The translations under genes were made by a program, and so were the position numbers. 64,000 nucleotides of DNA from a bacterium (lineage in GTDB: Bacteria > Orphanbacterota > Orphanbacteria > Orphanbacterales > Orphanbacteraceae), in contig JALGYY010000047.1 of the NCBI GenBank assembly GCA_025782575.1, positions 14,139 to 78,138 on the forward strand, given 5' to 3'. The notes below the pieces were generated by a model. That model did no database searches and was not told the origin of the DNA. It saw only the letters and a list, made by a program, of their open reading frames with translations. Shown in pieces: positions 36,696 to 46,906 of this stretch. Each line of letters begins with the position of its first letter. Position 1 is the first letter of the stretch.

Positions 36696-39600
36696 TTGGA
36701 TTTCTTATCGCCTGGGAGTGAATCCATGAAAATCAGTGAGTCCCACGCGGTCGGCATCGCCGAGAAACAGGGTGACTCTGACTATGGGGCCTTCATTCTC
36801 CTTGATAGCGAGGGCCGCCACCTCAAGGTAGACAGGAAATTCGTTCGGCTTGTCGGTATCGGCGAAGAAGATCTCCTCGGCAACGGTCACCCCTATCCGT
36901 ACTGGCCGTTCGACTCCCCATCACTTGATTCCCTTTTTGAAGCAGCCAGGGGCGGGATACCCGCTGAGGTCGCAATCTCCATTCGCTCGAATGACGGAAC
37001 AGACCACCCGGTTCGAGTCATTCTGACGGCGATCGGGAGTGAGGGAGAATCGGCCCTCGCCTACACCGCGGAGTTCAGAGCGATCCAGGCGGGGGGAAGA
37101 GGGGGGCAGCGGCAACGGTTGAGACAGGAGGAGAGCCAGGCGTTTCGAATTCTGGAAGCGGTGAGCCGGACCATATCCGGTTTGCTCGGGCGCTCCGGAC
37201 GGATGGCAGGTACGGGAGAGAGCGGCGCATTCGAGTCCGAGCCACTTAGTGGCGCCCAATATCCCCCGCTCGGTCTCATCGGAGAAGCGGCACGGGTCAG
37301 CCGGGTTTATGTGTTTGAGAACCACCTCTCCGCCGACGGCACGCTCCTGACAAGCCAGCGTGCCGAGTGGGTCGCCGAGGGGGTCGACGCCGAGCCGGAC
37401 CTCATCAACATTCCACTGTTGGAGGCCGGCTTCAGTCGCTGGATCGATACACTCTCTGAGGGGGGAATCATTTCGGGGAACATCGACGGCTTTCCTGAGG
37501 CCGAGCGCGCGTTTCTGGAACCCCAGGGAATCGTCTCCATTATCATCGTTCCAGTTTTCATCGATGGAGAGTGGTGGGGGTTCATGGGGTTCGATGAATG
37601 TACACGCCCCCGGGTCTGGCTTCATTCTGAAACCGAAGCGTTACGGGTCGCGTCCGAGACTATCTCTGCCGCGGTACGTGGCGATCGCGCGGATCGGGAG
37701 ATCCGAGAAGCCGACCGAAGCCACCGACTCATCATGGACTCCCTTCCTGCGATGATTGCCTACGTCGGAGCTGATCTCCGAGTTCGATTCAACAACGCTC
37801 TCTATGCCGAGCGGTACGGAATGGCGCCGGAAGAGATGATCGGCATGCATGTGAGCGAGATCCTCAGCGAAGAGGCGGTAAAGGAGGTGACTCCCCACAT
37901 CGAGGCGGTTCTACAGGGGGAGCGGCGTACATTCCAACGGAACTACTTTGCTGAAGACGGGTCTCGAACATGCCTCTCGGTAACGTACATCCCTGATCGT
38001 CTGGGAACCGGCGAGATCGCCGGGTTCTATATTCATGTGTTCGACATTACCGATCGGATTCTGGCAGAGGAGTCCCTCCGAGAGTCAGAGGAGCGGTGGC
38101 GATCCGCACTCGAGAACATTTCCGATTTTCTGCTCATCCTCGACCGGAAGGGGAAGATTCTGGAAGCGAATCGACTTCGACCGGACCAGCGGGATGAAGA
38201 CGTCATCGGGAAGGACAGCGCCGACTACTACGCCACCGACCATCGCGATGATTGGCTCCGGATGATTCAGAAGGTCTTCGAAACAGGCGAGTCTCAATCG
38301 TTCGAGCTACCTGCAGAAGGACCATTCGCGATGGAGTCATGGTACTCCGGTGAACTCATCCCTATCCGCCGGTCAGGTGATGTAAAAAAAATCATGCTGA
38401 TCGCATCCGATATTACCGAGCGGAAATGGGGGGAACAGGCACTTCGAGAGAGCGAAGAAAGGCTGAAGCTGGCTCTTGAAGGTGCGCAGGACGGTATCTG
38501 GGACTGGAACGTGGAGACCGGCCAGCTGATCTTCAACCGGCGATGGGCCACCATGCTCGGCTACTCCCTCACCGAGATCGCGCCGCACGTGGAGAGTTGG
38601 AACAGGTTCATTCACCCCGACGATTTACCAGGAGTAATGAAGAGGCTGAATGAACACCTGGAAGGGAAGACGGAACTTTACGTTTCAGAGCATCGTCTCC
38701 GCACTAAATCCGGAAATTGGCGCTGGATCCTTGATCGCGGCAAAGTGGTGACGAGAGACGAACAGGGGAAAGCGCTCCGCGTAACCGGGACGCACAAAGA
38801 CATCGGTGAAAGGAAAATCGCCGAGGAAGAGCTGCGAAAAAGCGAAACCAGTCTCGCGAGGTCGCAGCGTATCGCGCGGCTCGGCAGCTTTGAGTGGGAC
38901 ATGGCTACGGACGAAGTGATCTGGTCAGATGAGCTCTACCGGATCATGGGGCATATCCCTCAGGATTTCACTCCCGGATATGCATCATTCATAGATCTGA
39001 CACATCCTGAAGATCGGAAGGGGCTCGAAGATGCGATTCGAGAAACGATCGAGCAGGGCCTTCCGTTACGAGTAAATCATCGGATCATTCTCTCAGATGG
39101 TTCGACGCGGTATCTCCATTGCGAGGGTGAACTCCAGAGGGATGAGGAGGGAAGGGCGATTCGACTCGTTGGTGTCGCCCAGGATGTGACGGACCGTTAC
39201 GAAGCGGAACAGGAGATTCGAAAATCCCGTAGCCAGCTGCGTGCCCTGGCAGAGAAACTCCAGACCATTCGGGAAGAAGAGAAGTCGAGTATCGCCCGTG
39301 AGATTCACGATGAACTCGGGCAGATCCTTACTGTATTAAAAATGGATCTTTCGTGGATCAAACGTCGAGTAGAGAAGGAGACGAGAGAGATCGACCGGGA
39401 GGTATTGGAGAGGCTTTCTACCATGTCGGACGAAATCGACGAGACAATCGGTACTGTCCGCCGGATTTCGACTCAGCTGCGGCCGCGTGTTCTCGACGAT
39501 CTTGATCTGGCAGGTGCGATCGAATGGCAGGCGGGCGATTTCGAGAGACATACGGGGATTGTCTGCAGGCTGCGGGCCAGCGTGGACGATCTCGATCTCG

Positions 39601-39914
39601 ATCCCGATCGAACGACAGCCGTCTTCCGAATCTTTCAGGAGACTTTGACGAATGTGGCCCGCCATTCCGGGGCCGGCCGGGTCGACATCGATTTCTATCT
39701 TGACGGAGACGAATTGCGGCTTCGCGTTCGTGATAACGGACGGGGTATCCTTATGCGCGAGTTGAAGAGCGACCGCACACTCGGTATCCTTGGAATGAGA
39801 GAGAGAGCCCACGTATTCGGAGGCGATGTACTGATCAAGGGCAAGCGGGGAAGAGGAACCGAGGTGAGCATTCGGGTGCCACTTGAACCGACGCCAGGGG
39901 AGGGCAAGCGGTGA
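36696..39914 (+). CDS. Multi-PAS/GAF sensor histidine kinase with HisKA_3 (NarX/DegS-type) phosphoacceptor
   Basis: Several PAS folds (IWDWNVETGQLIFNRRW, VIWSDELYRIMGH). HisKA_3 H-box REIHDELGQILTVLKMDL. HATPase_c (VRDNGRGI, GTEVSIRVPL). Alternative start ATG 36726. Confidence 0.85.
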   Translation: MDFLSPGSESMKISESHAVGIAEKQGDSDYGAFILLDSEGRHLKVDRKFVRLVGIGEEDLLGNGHPYPYWPFDSPSLDSLFEAARGGIPAEVAISIRSNDGTDHPVRVILTAIGSEGESALAYTAEFRAIQAGGRGGQRQRLRQEESQAFRILEAVSRTISGLLGRSGRMAGTGESGAFESEPLSGAQYPPLGLIGEAARVSRVYVFENHLSADGTLLTSQRAEWVAEGVDAEPDLINIPLLEAGFSRWIDTLSEGGIISGNIDGFPEAERAFLEPQGIVSIIIVPVFIDGEWWGFMGFDECTRPRVWLHSETEALRVASETISAAVRGDRADREIREADRSHRLIMDSLPAMIAYVGADLRVRFNNALYAERYGMAPEEMIGMHVSEILSEEAVKEVTPHIEAVLQGERRTFQRNYFAEDGSRTCLSVTYIPDRLGTGEIAGFYIHVFDITDRILAEESLRESEERWRSALENISDFLLILDRKGKILEANRLRPDQRDEDVIGKDSADYYATDHRDDWLRMIQKVFETGESQSFELPAEGPFAMESWYSGELIPIRRSGDVKKIMLIASDITERKWGEQALRESEERLKLALEGAQDGIWDWNVETGQLIFNRRWATMLGYSLTEIAPHVESWNRFIHPDDLPGVMKRLNEHLEGKTELYVSEHRLRTKSGNWRWILDRGKVVTRDEQGKALRVTGTHKDIGERKIAEEELRKSETSLARSQRIARLGSFEWDMATDEVIWSDELYRIMGHIPQDFTPGYASFIDLTHPEDRKGLEDAIRETIEQGLPLRVNHRIILSDGSTRYLHCEGELQRDEEGRAIRLVGVAQDVTDRYEAEQEIRKSRSQLRALAEKLQTIREEEKSSIAREIHDELGQILTVLKMDLSWIKRRVEKETREIDREVLERLSTMSDEIDETIGTVRRISTQLRPRVLDDLDLAGAIEWQAGDFERHTGIVCRLRASVDDLDLDPDRTTAVFRIFQETLTNVARHSGAGRVDIDFYLDGDELRLRVRDNGRGILMRELKSDRTLGILGMRERAHVFGGDVLIKGKRGRGTEVSIRVPLEPTPGEGKR

Positions 39915-40543
39915 AGGTACTGATAGCCGATGACCATGCGATTGTGAGGCGGGGATTACAGCAGATCCTGTCCGATGAATACGACGACATCGAGTTCGGC
40001 GAGACGGGAAGCGCGCAGGAGACGGTCGATGCCGTATGGCGGGAGAAGTGGGATGTGCTTGTTCTTGACATCACCATGCCGGGGAGAAGCGGGCTCGAGG
40101 CGTTGAAGGATATTCATAAGGAATGCCCCGAGCTCCCGGTCCTCGTTCTCAGCATGCATCCGGAGGATCAGTTCGCGCGGCGGGCCTTGAAGGCCGGTGC
40201 GTCGGGTTACATGACAAAAGAAACGGCGCCTGAAAAACTGGTCAACGCCATCGACAAGATCATGAGTGGCGGGAAGTACGTGAGCGAAACTCTTGCCGAG
40301 CAACTTGCCGAGGACCTCGGGAAGGACGACGCTTCAGGAGCGGATCATGATCGGCTTTCCGATAGGGAATTCGAGGTATTGCGAGAAATGGCGTCCGGTC
40401 TGACAGGTACGGAAATCGGTGACAAGTTGAAACTCAGTCCGAAGACCATCAGTACATATCGTGCCCGTATTCTTCAAAAGATGGGACTCAGGACAAACGC
40501 GGAACTCACACTCTATGCGGTCAAGCACGGGCTCGTCGACTGA
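39911..40543 (+). CDS. LuxR/NarL-family response regulator (REC + HTH_LuxR)
   Basis: REC (KVLIADDH, DVLVLDITMPGRSG, VLSMH). C-terminal LSDREFEVLREMASGLTGTEIGDKLKLSPKTISTYRARILQKMG. Overlaps the kinase stop (GTGA). Confidence 0.9.
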   Translation: MKVLIADDHAIVRRGLQQILSDEYDDIEFGETGSAQETVDAVWREKWDVLVLDITMPGRSGLEALKDIHKECPELPVLVLSMHPEDQFARRALKAGASGYMTKETAPEKLVNAIDKIMSGGKYVSETLAEQLAEDLGKDDASGADHDRLSDREFEVLREMASGLTGTEIGDKLKLSPKTISTYRARILQKMGLRTNAELTLYAVKHGLVD

Positions 40544-40589
40544 AGTCAGGCCCGTTTCCTCGGCTACGAGCTCTCGCCGAAAATCCGGC

Positions 40590-42134
40590 TTAGTGTTTGT
40601 GCAGATCCTTGTGCATGAGTCGGCGGCTCTCTGTAAGACGCTCGGCTGCTGGCAAGGATCGCAACTTGTCGTTCAGCCCCGAATCCGCTTCCGCTTCCAG
40701 CTTTCGGATCACACCATCGATCAGCTTCGGACCGAATCCCCTGTTCTCGAAAAACGATCGCCGATCCCGTAGCTTCGCTGCGGCGTCAACAGCCGAGACG
40801 GGTAGAGTTTCGAGACCTGCTCCCGACTCTTCGTGAGAGGAGATATCAATGCTCACCTCGAGTTCACGGGCCTTTCGGCTCGACTCTTCCCGATCGAGAC
40901 CCTCGGCTGCACATATGGTGACAGCCGCAAGGAGCAAGAGCGGGAAAGCACTCCCGTCCGGGCTCCGGTATTCAATCGTCGGTCTCGATAGAGTCTCGGG
41001 GAATTCCCCTTTCTCGTCCGGATTCATGAGTTGATCCACTCGTTTATCGGTCCGGAAGTTCAGAGGGATACGGATCAGGCTTGAACGGTTGCTCTTTCCC
41101 CAGCAGATGCGGGTGGGCGCCTCGTGGCCGGGGACGAGCCGGAGGTAGCTGGCCGCCACAGTGTTTCCGAAGGCGGTCAGTTCCTGGGCGTGCTCCAGCA
41201 GGCCGCCGATCAGGCGGAGCGCCTCGTCGGAGAGCTCCCCGTCGGAATCAATCATGATGTTCCGGCCGCCCCGTTCGAGAGCCAGGTGAAGATGCATGCC
41301 GCTCCCGGCCATGCCCTGGTCGAGCTTTGGCAGATAGGTCACTGATGCGCCGTGCCTGTCGGCGATGACGCGAACGAGCCAGCGCGCAACGGTGAGCCAG
41401 CAGCCGAGATCCTCGCACGGCATGAGGTCGAACTCGAGCTCGCATTGCTCGACCCGCCGACCGTCGATTTCAGGGTCCGGTGATTCGATGCGATCGATGT
41501 ACCCCACTTCGCTGTGGCAGTACTTCACCTGGCCGGTTACGCTGCCGACAACGCGCAGGATTTCGTCCGCGATTTCCCCGCCGTGAAGATAGGGGCTGCT
41601 CTGGTGGTAGTTCCGCTGCGCCTTACCGGTAAATCGGTCATCGTGTCTTTCCAGAATGAGATAAAACTCCAGCTCCGCGAGGGCAAGAAGCCGGGCACCG
41701 CCTTTTGACCGGAGCGATCGGGCGGACGCCGCCAGAAGATTGTCGGGGGTCGGAGCCGGTTCTCCATGGGAGTCAGCGAATCGGCAGACGATATCGAGTT
41801 CGTCCGGCTTCCATGGGTTCCGGAACGCCCAGCGATAGACCGGTAACACGTAAAGGTCGCTCTCAGCGGCACCGAAGAGTCCGGGAAAGAGACTCGATCC
41901 GTCCACTCGCTCGCCACCGGCCAGGATGCGTTCCAGATAGGCGCGATTATTCACAGGAAGGCGAAGCTCCTTCAGCTTCCCGTCGAGCGCAGGATAACGG
42001 AAGTTGATCGTCCTGATCCCTTCCTTCATGCAAAAAGAGACGAGGTCGGAGCGGGTCCATTCAGAAGGAGGCTTGTCCAGAGCGCGTACCAGGGGGCGGA
42101 TATCATCACCATGACTTGATTGGTTGTTGCTCAA
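40590..42134 (-). CDS. Glutamine synthetase family protein (GS catalytic domain)
   Basis: KYCHSEVG and MAGSGMHLHLAL match GS catalytic-domain motifs (NGSGMHxHxSL). 514 aa with an N-terminal beta-grasp-like region. Confidence 0.7.
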   Translation of the reverse strand: MSNNQSSHGDDIRPLVRALDKPPSEWTRSDLVSFCMKEGIRTINFRYPALDGKLKELRLPVNNRAYLERILAGGERVDGSSLFPGLFGAAESDLYVLPVYRWAFRNPWKPDELDIVCRFADSHGEPAPTPDNLLAASARSLRSKGGARLLALAELEFYLILERHDDRFTGKAQRNYHQSSPYLHGGEIADEILRVVGSVTGQVKYCHSEVGYIDRIESPDPEIDGRRVEQCELEFDLMPCEDLGCWLTVARWLVRVIADRHGASVTYLPKLDQGMAGSGMHLHLALERGGRNIMIDSDGELSDEALRLIGGLLEHAQELTAFGNTVAASYLRLVPGHEAPTRICWGKSNRSSLIRIPLNFRTDKRVDQLMNPDEKGEFPETLSRPTIEYRSPDGSAFPLLLLAAVTICAAEGLDREESSRKARELEVSIDISSHEESGAGLETLPVSAVDAAAKLRDRRSFFENRGFGPKLIDGVIRKLEAEADSGLNDKLRSLPAAERLTESRRLMHKDLHKH

Positions 42135-42328
42135 TAGATCCTCCTCCCCGCGGTCGGTCCTGGCGGCCGATTCTCCCTATAGGGTAGGGGCCATTCCACC
42201 GCCGCACAACCGCAAGGATGCCGCTTCCTTAATAAATTCGTCGGCAAGCCGGATTCGGCTTGACAGTAATCTTTGTCGGATGCGACTTTCAGCCGGACCT
42301 AATCAATGAAAATGGGGAGGAGGGGTCG

Positions 42329-42907
42329 ATGAAGCCGCTTTTATCTGTAGAAGTAATCAGGAATCTGGAACAGGCGGCGGTTCTCTTTCATCCGCTGCGT
42401 ATCCGCATTCTGGGCGGGCTTTCCGAGGCGGCTTCCGCCGCCAAGCTGGCACGGGAGCTGGGTATTCCACGGCAGAAGGTGAACTACCACTTGAGAGAGC
42501 TCGAAAAGCAGAGGCTCGTGCGGGAAGTGGAAGTGAAGAGGCGGGGGAACTGTGTGGAGCGAACCATGATCGCCACGGCGAGGTCCTACGTGATCAGCCC
42601 GGAAGCGCTCGGAGGAGTGGGCGCGGAGCCGGAACAGGTGAAGGAGGAGGGACCGTCGGCCTATCTGGTGGCGCTGGCTGCCGATGCGATTCGAGGGGCT
42701 ACGGAGGGGGCGAGCGGAGGGGAGCGGACCATTGCCCACCGCGCCGAAGTGTCGCTGGCATCAGAGGAAGACGCCAGCGATTTCGCGGACGAACTCGCCC
42801 ATCTCGTTCAGGAGCTGGCAGGGAATTACAACAACGGCGATCCCAGTGAAGAGAAGTACACCTTTATCACCGGAGTATACCCGGCAGGAAAAGCTACCGG
42901 GAGATAG
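42329..42907 (+). CDS. ArsR/winged-helix family transcriptional regulator
   Basis: HPLRIRILGGLSEAASAAKLARELGIPRQKVNYHLRELEKQRLV is an ArsR-type HTH. The ATG is preceded by a GGGGAGGAGGGG RBS. Confidence 0.6.
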   Translation: MKPLLSVEVIRNLEQAAVLFHPLRIRILGGLSEAASAAKLARELGIPRQKVNYHLRELEKQRLVREVEVKRRGNCVERTMIATARSYVISPEALGGVGAEPEQVKEEGPSAYLVALAADAIRGATEGASGGERTIAHRAEVSLASEEDASDFADELAHLVQELAGNYNNGDPSEEKYTFITGVYPAGKATGR

Positions 42908-44111
42908 GCGGATCGAATACCGATCGTGCCGGATGGCGCGATCCTGTTCCGCTCACTCGGATCAGTTCGTGGCCCCGGGCCCTGACCGGGACGACTTCCC
43001 ATGAACCGTCTTCCTCGATCAGGACAGCTTTGTCTGCCAGGTTGATCGTCGGGCAGACATGCCGTGGCACAAGAAAGAACATCTCGCCGCGCCGTGGATC
43101 CTCACCCCGCGTTACCATGGTGGGGAGGTGTTCTTCAGACGGCACAGCGGGAACGAGTTCCGGCCGGCCCACAACGAAGGCACAGGGGTGACCCGCTTCG
43201 GCGGCGATCGATTTGGACCCGCAATCCATCGTTACGATGCCCGGCTCCGGGCAACTGATTACACGGCTCGCCATGACAGCGGCCGGAACGAGATCAAGAT
43301 CGGGAATGGTCTCTTCGCTTCGCAGGTCGTGGAATACAACTGTACCAGGCGAAACGCGGTGGACCATTTCACCCGGGAGATCGGCAAACGGTTTGTATGC
43401 CAGCGCGTCCAGAAAGACGGGAGTACCGCTGGTTATGATCTCGACAGGCGGAATGTCTTTAATCATCAATTGATCGATGATTCCCATCAGATCGTCGTAA
43501 CCTTTGAAGGCGCGAGCGCGACGTGCCTTTCGATCGATTTCGAGAATCTGCCCCTCATAGTAATGAAGTCCGTGAAATCGCTCACCCGCTTCGATCGCGA
43601 TCGCCGGTATGTCCGCCTGTCTTTCCCGGGAGATGCCCGTACGATTCATGCCCGGGTTGATGTCGATATATATGCCGAGCCCGGGTGGAATCGCGCGAAC
43701 GCCATCCAGGTCTTCGCAGATGACGGAAATGGAGGCGGTAGGGTACTCACCGGCGATGGAAGCGATTTGATCGAGTGCCGGCATCACATGGGGGTAGGCG
43801 ATCAGGAGGTCCACCCCCCTTGACTCATTATCTCCCATCGTTTCGAGAAGTACGATCGCTTCCCTTGTGGTGGCACACTTGAAGTAGCGCACACCGGCCG
43901 ACGCCATTTCTCGCATCACCTGCGGAATCTTGACCGTTTTGATATGTGGCCGCCACCGCCCGACTGTTCCTCCTAGATAGTGCGTCATTCGCCGAAGATT
44001 CTCTCTCACGGAGGGGAGGTGAATGATGAGCGCGGGAGTCTGCATGACGCGTGCAAGATCTTCGGGGAGACGAAACTTGTCAGGATCGATGAGTTCGAAT
44101 CGAGAATTCAT
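42894..44111 (-). CDS. PLP-dependent alanine-racemase-fold enzyme of the D-serine dehydratase-like / D-threonine aldolase (DSD1) family
   Basis: RPHIKTVK with the PLP lysine (pHxKt.K), and a C-terminal beta-domain. Its 3' end overlaps the convergent ArsR gene. Start taken at ATG giving MNSRFELIDPDKF. Confidence 0.65.
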   Translation of the reverse strand: MNSRFELIDPDKFRLPEDLARVMQTPALIIHLPSVRENLRRMTHYLGGTVGRWRPHIKTVKIPQVMREMASAGVRYFKCATTREAIVLLETMGDNESRGVDLLIAYPHVMPALDQIASIAGEYPTASISVICEDLDGVRAIPPGLGIYIDINPGMNRTGISRERQADIPAIAIEAGERFHGLHYYEGQILEIDRKARRARAFKGYDDLMGIIDQLMIKDIPPVEIITSGTPVFLDALAYKPFADLPGEMVHRVSPGTVVFHDLRSEETIPDLDLVPAAVMASRVISCPEPGIVTMDCGSKSIAAEAGHPCAFVVGRPELVPAVPSEEHLPTMVTRGEDPRRGEMFFLVPRHVCPTINLADKAVLIEEDGSWEVVPVRARGHELIRVSGTGSRHPARSVFDPPISR

Positions 44112-44215
44112 GGACACAGCATAGCACAGAAAAACAGAAAGGCCCCGCATGCTCGTGACATGCGGGACCCTTGTTGTCTTGTATTGTTGCGGCAACCGTC
44201 GCGCCGAAAACGATC

Positions 44216-46216
44216 CTAGCGGAAGTGCACGACCCGTCCTTTTCGTTCATCGTTTCCGACGGCGACACGCCAGAAGTAGACACCAGACCGGACTTCAGCG
44301 CCACTGTCATCGCGGCCGTCCCATGTGGTTTCATAGGCGCCGGGTGACTTCGATTCGTTCACGAGGTTTCGAACGCGCCGGCCGGCTACATTGTAAATCG
44401 CCACTTCCACCGATGCGCTCGACACGCCGCTGACGGAGTAGGCGAGACGGGTGCTCTCACGGAACGGGTTGGGTGCGGCGCCGAACAGCGTTGATATCGG
44501 CCGACCCGCGGTTCCCTCAGTAATGCCGGTGGCAGGGCCCGTTACTGAATAGCCTCTCTCCGTGAACCGGTCAATCATTGCAGTGATATCCGAACCGGAG
44601 TAATTCATATTGATAGCCGCCTGAAGCATAGCCTGCGCGGCGTCTTCCTGGTTCGTCGATGAGTTCGTCATTGCGAGCCCTTCCAGGCAGGCTTTGTCGG
44701 TCAGCTCGCGGCCGATGTCATTCCAGATTCTCATGAGACCGGTCGACCAGATCTGGCCGTCCGTATGAATCTGGTTGATCAGGCCACCCGGATAAATAGC
44801 CCCGTAGTTTGTCTTACGCCCGCCCCAGAACGGATTGTGCCCGTCCCAGCTGAAGACCCACTGGTATTCCGGCGTGCCGGGCACCCACTGGCCGAGGCTC
44901 CGGCTGTAGGAAGCGGCCATGTAGTCGCCGAAGCCTTCGCTCAGCCCGTTCACCTGAGAGAGGCTCCCCCCTGTCAACCAGTCGTGAATGCCGTGGCCCA
45001 GTTCGTGGATCACCACATCGGCATCCTCGGAATCATCGACCCCTCCTTCGCCGAACGAGATTCGGCCGGATCCGCTCAAATAGTACGAGTTGTCGGAGCC
45101 GCTCAGCCCATGCGGATCGAACTGGACGCCGCCGCCGTACTGGTAGGGAGAAAGGGTCAGCCCAAGTGTAGTGTTGATGTAGCGCATGATGTTATCGATA
45201 TGCCAGTAACAGAGCACTGCCTCAAACCCGTTGTCCTGCCGATTGAAAAGAAAGTCAGGGCCGGCCTGCGCGAAAAGCCCGCGGAAAGGATTCTCGAAAT
45301 CGATGACCTCCGCGTAGGGCCCCTCGAGCTTGTACTGCCCGCCTGAAAACAGTATGTCGGGGAGATTCTTCAGAAACCGCTCGGCATCGAGCTGGGCATT
45401 TGTGGAGTCGCTGTTATCCGCGTAGTTTCCGCCGTAGGAAACCTGGGCGCTTGATAGCGGATCGGGATCCCAAAGATAGCCCGTTCCGGTTGCGTAAAAC
45501 GCCTTATCCTCCGCACGAAAAATCTCTCCCGTATGGGCGTCAAAAAGTATTTCCCACTCGCCGATCGGTCCGTCAACCGCGTGGAGAGTCATCTTCCACG
45601 CTAGTCGGGGAGCATCACCGTTCGGATAGACGACCAGCTCGGTTTTTTCGTAAGAGAGTGCACCTTGAATTTCCAGGTATTCCAGCGCGGCGGTGCGTGC
45701 CACGGCAGCGGAAAGGGAAGGGTGGGTGGAAGGAAGAAGAGCGGCGTCTACCGATTCCACGCCGTTCATCACGAAGACCACTGAATTGTCATGGTCTATC
45801 GTAATGGCGACATCGGCGCCGTAAACCGGGACGCCGCCTGCGTGTTGCACGAATCGCACGACCGTGCCTGCCTGACCGGCGCGTGTCATCCTGTGGACCA
45901 TCTCGTCGAGTGCGCGCTCGCTGATGTGCAGGGTTTCCCTCGCCTCGCGTAGATATTGACGTGCCATCTCGCGGGGTGATTCCCCGGTTACCTCGTGATC
46001 GAGGTTGTAGAGCGTGATCGGTCTGCCCGTCTCAGTGTTTACTCTCGCGTTTCCGTCCAGGTGAGTCGGTGCCATCCTCTCGGACAGGGGGATTCGCTCG
46101 AGCATGTCCATCTTGAGGGACGCTGTTTTCGGTCGTTTTGCCTCGGATTCTCCAGGCAATAAGAGAGCTGCGGCGAACAGGGCGGCCGCGCACATCAGGA
46201 TGCGACGTTTCATCAT
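44216..46216 (-). CDS. Secreted zinc metallopeptidase (HExxH; M4/M36-like) with C-terminal T9SS sorting domain
   Basis: Signal peptide MMKRRILMCAAALFAAALLLPGESEA. VVIHELGHGIHD (HExxH) and downstream EGFGDY (third zinc ligand, Glu). C-terminal ...SGVYFWRVAVGNDERKGRVVHFR is a T9SS CTD. Confidence 0.7.
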   Translation of the reverse strand: MMKRRILMCAAALFAAALLLPGESEAKRPKTASLKMDMLERIPLSERMAPTHLDGNARVNTETGRPITLYNLDHEVTGESPREMARQYLREARETLHISERALDEMVHRMTRAGQAGTVVRFVQHAGGVPVYGADVAITIDHDNSVVFVMNGVESVDAALLPSTHPSLSAAVARTAALEYLEIQGALSYEKTELVVYPNGDAPRLAWKMTLHAVDGPIGEWEILFDAHTGEIFRAEDKAFYATGTGYLWDPDPLSSAQVSYGGNYADNSDSTNAQLDAERFLKNLPDILFSGGQYKLEGPYAEVIDFENPFRGLFAQAGPDFLFNRQDNGFEAVLCYWHIDNIMRYINTTLGLTLSPYQYGGGVQFDPHGLSGSDNSYYLSGSGRISFGEGGVDDSEDADVVIHELGHGIHDWLTGGSLSQVNGLSEGFGDYMAASYSRSLGQWVPGTPEYQWVFSWDGHNPFWGGRKTNYGAIYPGGLINQIHTDGQIWSTGLMRIWNDIGRELTDKACLEGLAMTNSSTNQEDAAQAMLQAAINMNYSGSDITAMIDRFTERGYSVTGPATGITEGTAGRPISTLFGAAPNPFRESTRLAYSVSGVSSASVEVAIYNVAGRRVRNLVNESKSPGAYETTWDGRDDSGAEVRSGVYFWRVAVGNDERKGRVVHFR

Positions 46217-46383
46217 TAGAATATTCCCTCGGGAGCGGGTTTTCGAAATCAGGCAGAACCGGTCTGGTACTGGGAGGCCCTCATTATAGAGGAAAAGGGC
46301 GCGGAAATCCACAAGAAGAAAAACGGGACAAATAGAGATCGCCGGTCTGCGGAACGGGCGGGCCGTCTGGTCCTACTGATTTT

Positions 46384-46797
46384 CTACACGCCCAGTACGT
46401 TCGCCGCTTCAGAGAATTGATCGGGGCGGACATAAACCAGGTAACCGTATCCTCCCGATCCATTGGTGACGCCATGTGACGCGTAGACATTAATTTTGGC
46501 ACCCGACAGTTTCCGATGGATGCCGGCAAGAGCGCCCAGGCGGTCATCCCCCTGGATGAGAAACGCGTGTTGCGGTCCTGTAAGGGAGATACCCGCCTGC
46601 TCGGCTACTTCAGCAAGACGGGCTACATCATCGGGGAACAGCATGAGCTGTGTATGCTCGGGGCCGAGCGGCATCGCATTGAAAGCGAGCAGATTCACCT
46701 CGGCTGCGGCGAGCTGCGAGAGCAACTGGTAGGCATGGCCCGGCGCATCTTTAATGGTGGCATAGTAGTAATCGGCTCTGGAGATTCTGGCTGCCAT
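46384..46797 (-). CDS. ACT-domain protein (two ACT-like halves)
   Basis: 137 aa with duplicated beta-alpha-beta-beta-alpha-beta-like segments and Gly-containing loops (GPQHAFLIQGDDRLGALAGI). Weak call. Confidence 0.45.
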   Translation of the reverse strand: MAARISRADYYYATIKDAPGHAYQLLSQLAAAEVNLLAFNAMPLGPEHTQLMLFPDDVARLAEVAEQAGISLTGPQHAFLIQGDDRLGALAGIHRKLSGAKINVYASHGVTNGSGGYGYLVYVRPDQFSEAANVLGV

Positions 46798-46906
46798 CCG
46801 GACGTCCTCCTTAATGCCAGGGAGAGTGAGGGCGAATTAAGAGAGCATGTACAATCAATATAGATTGTGAGGAGATAACTGCCCAGAGGGGGAACGGGAG
46901 AACCGA

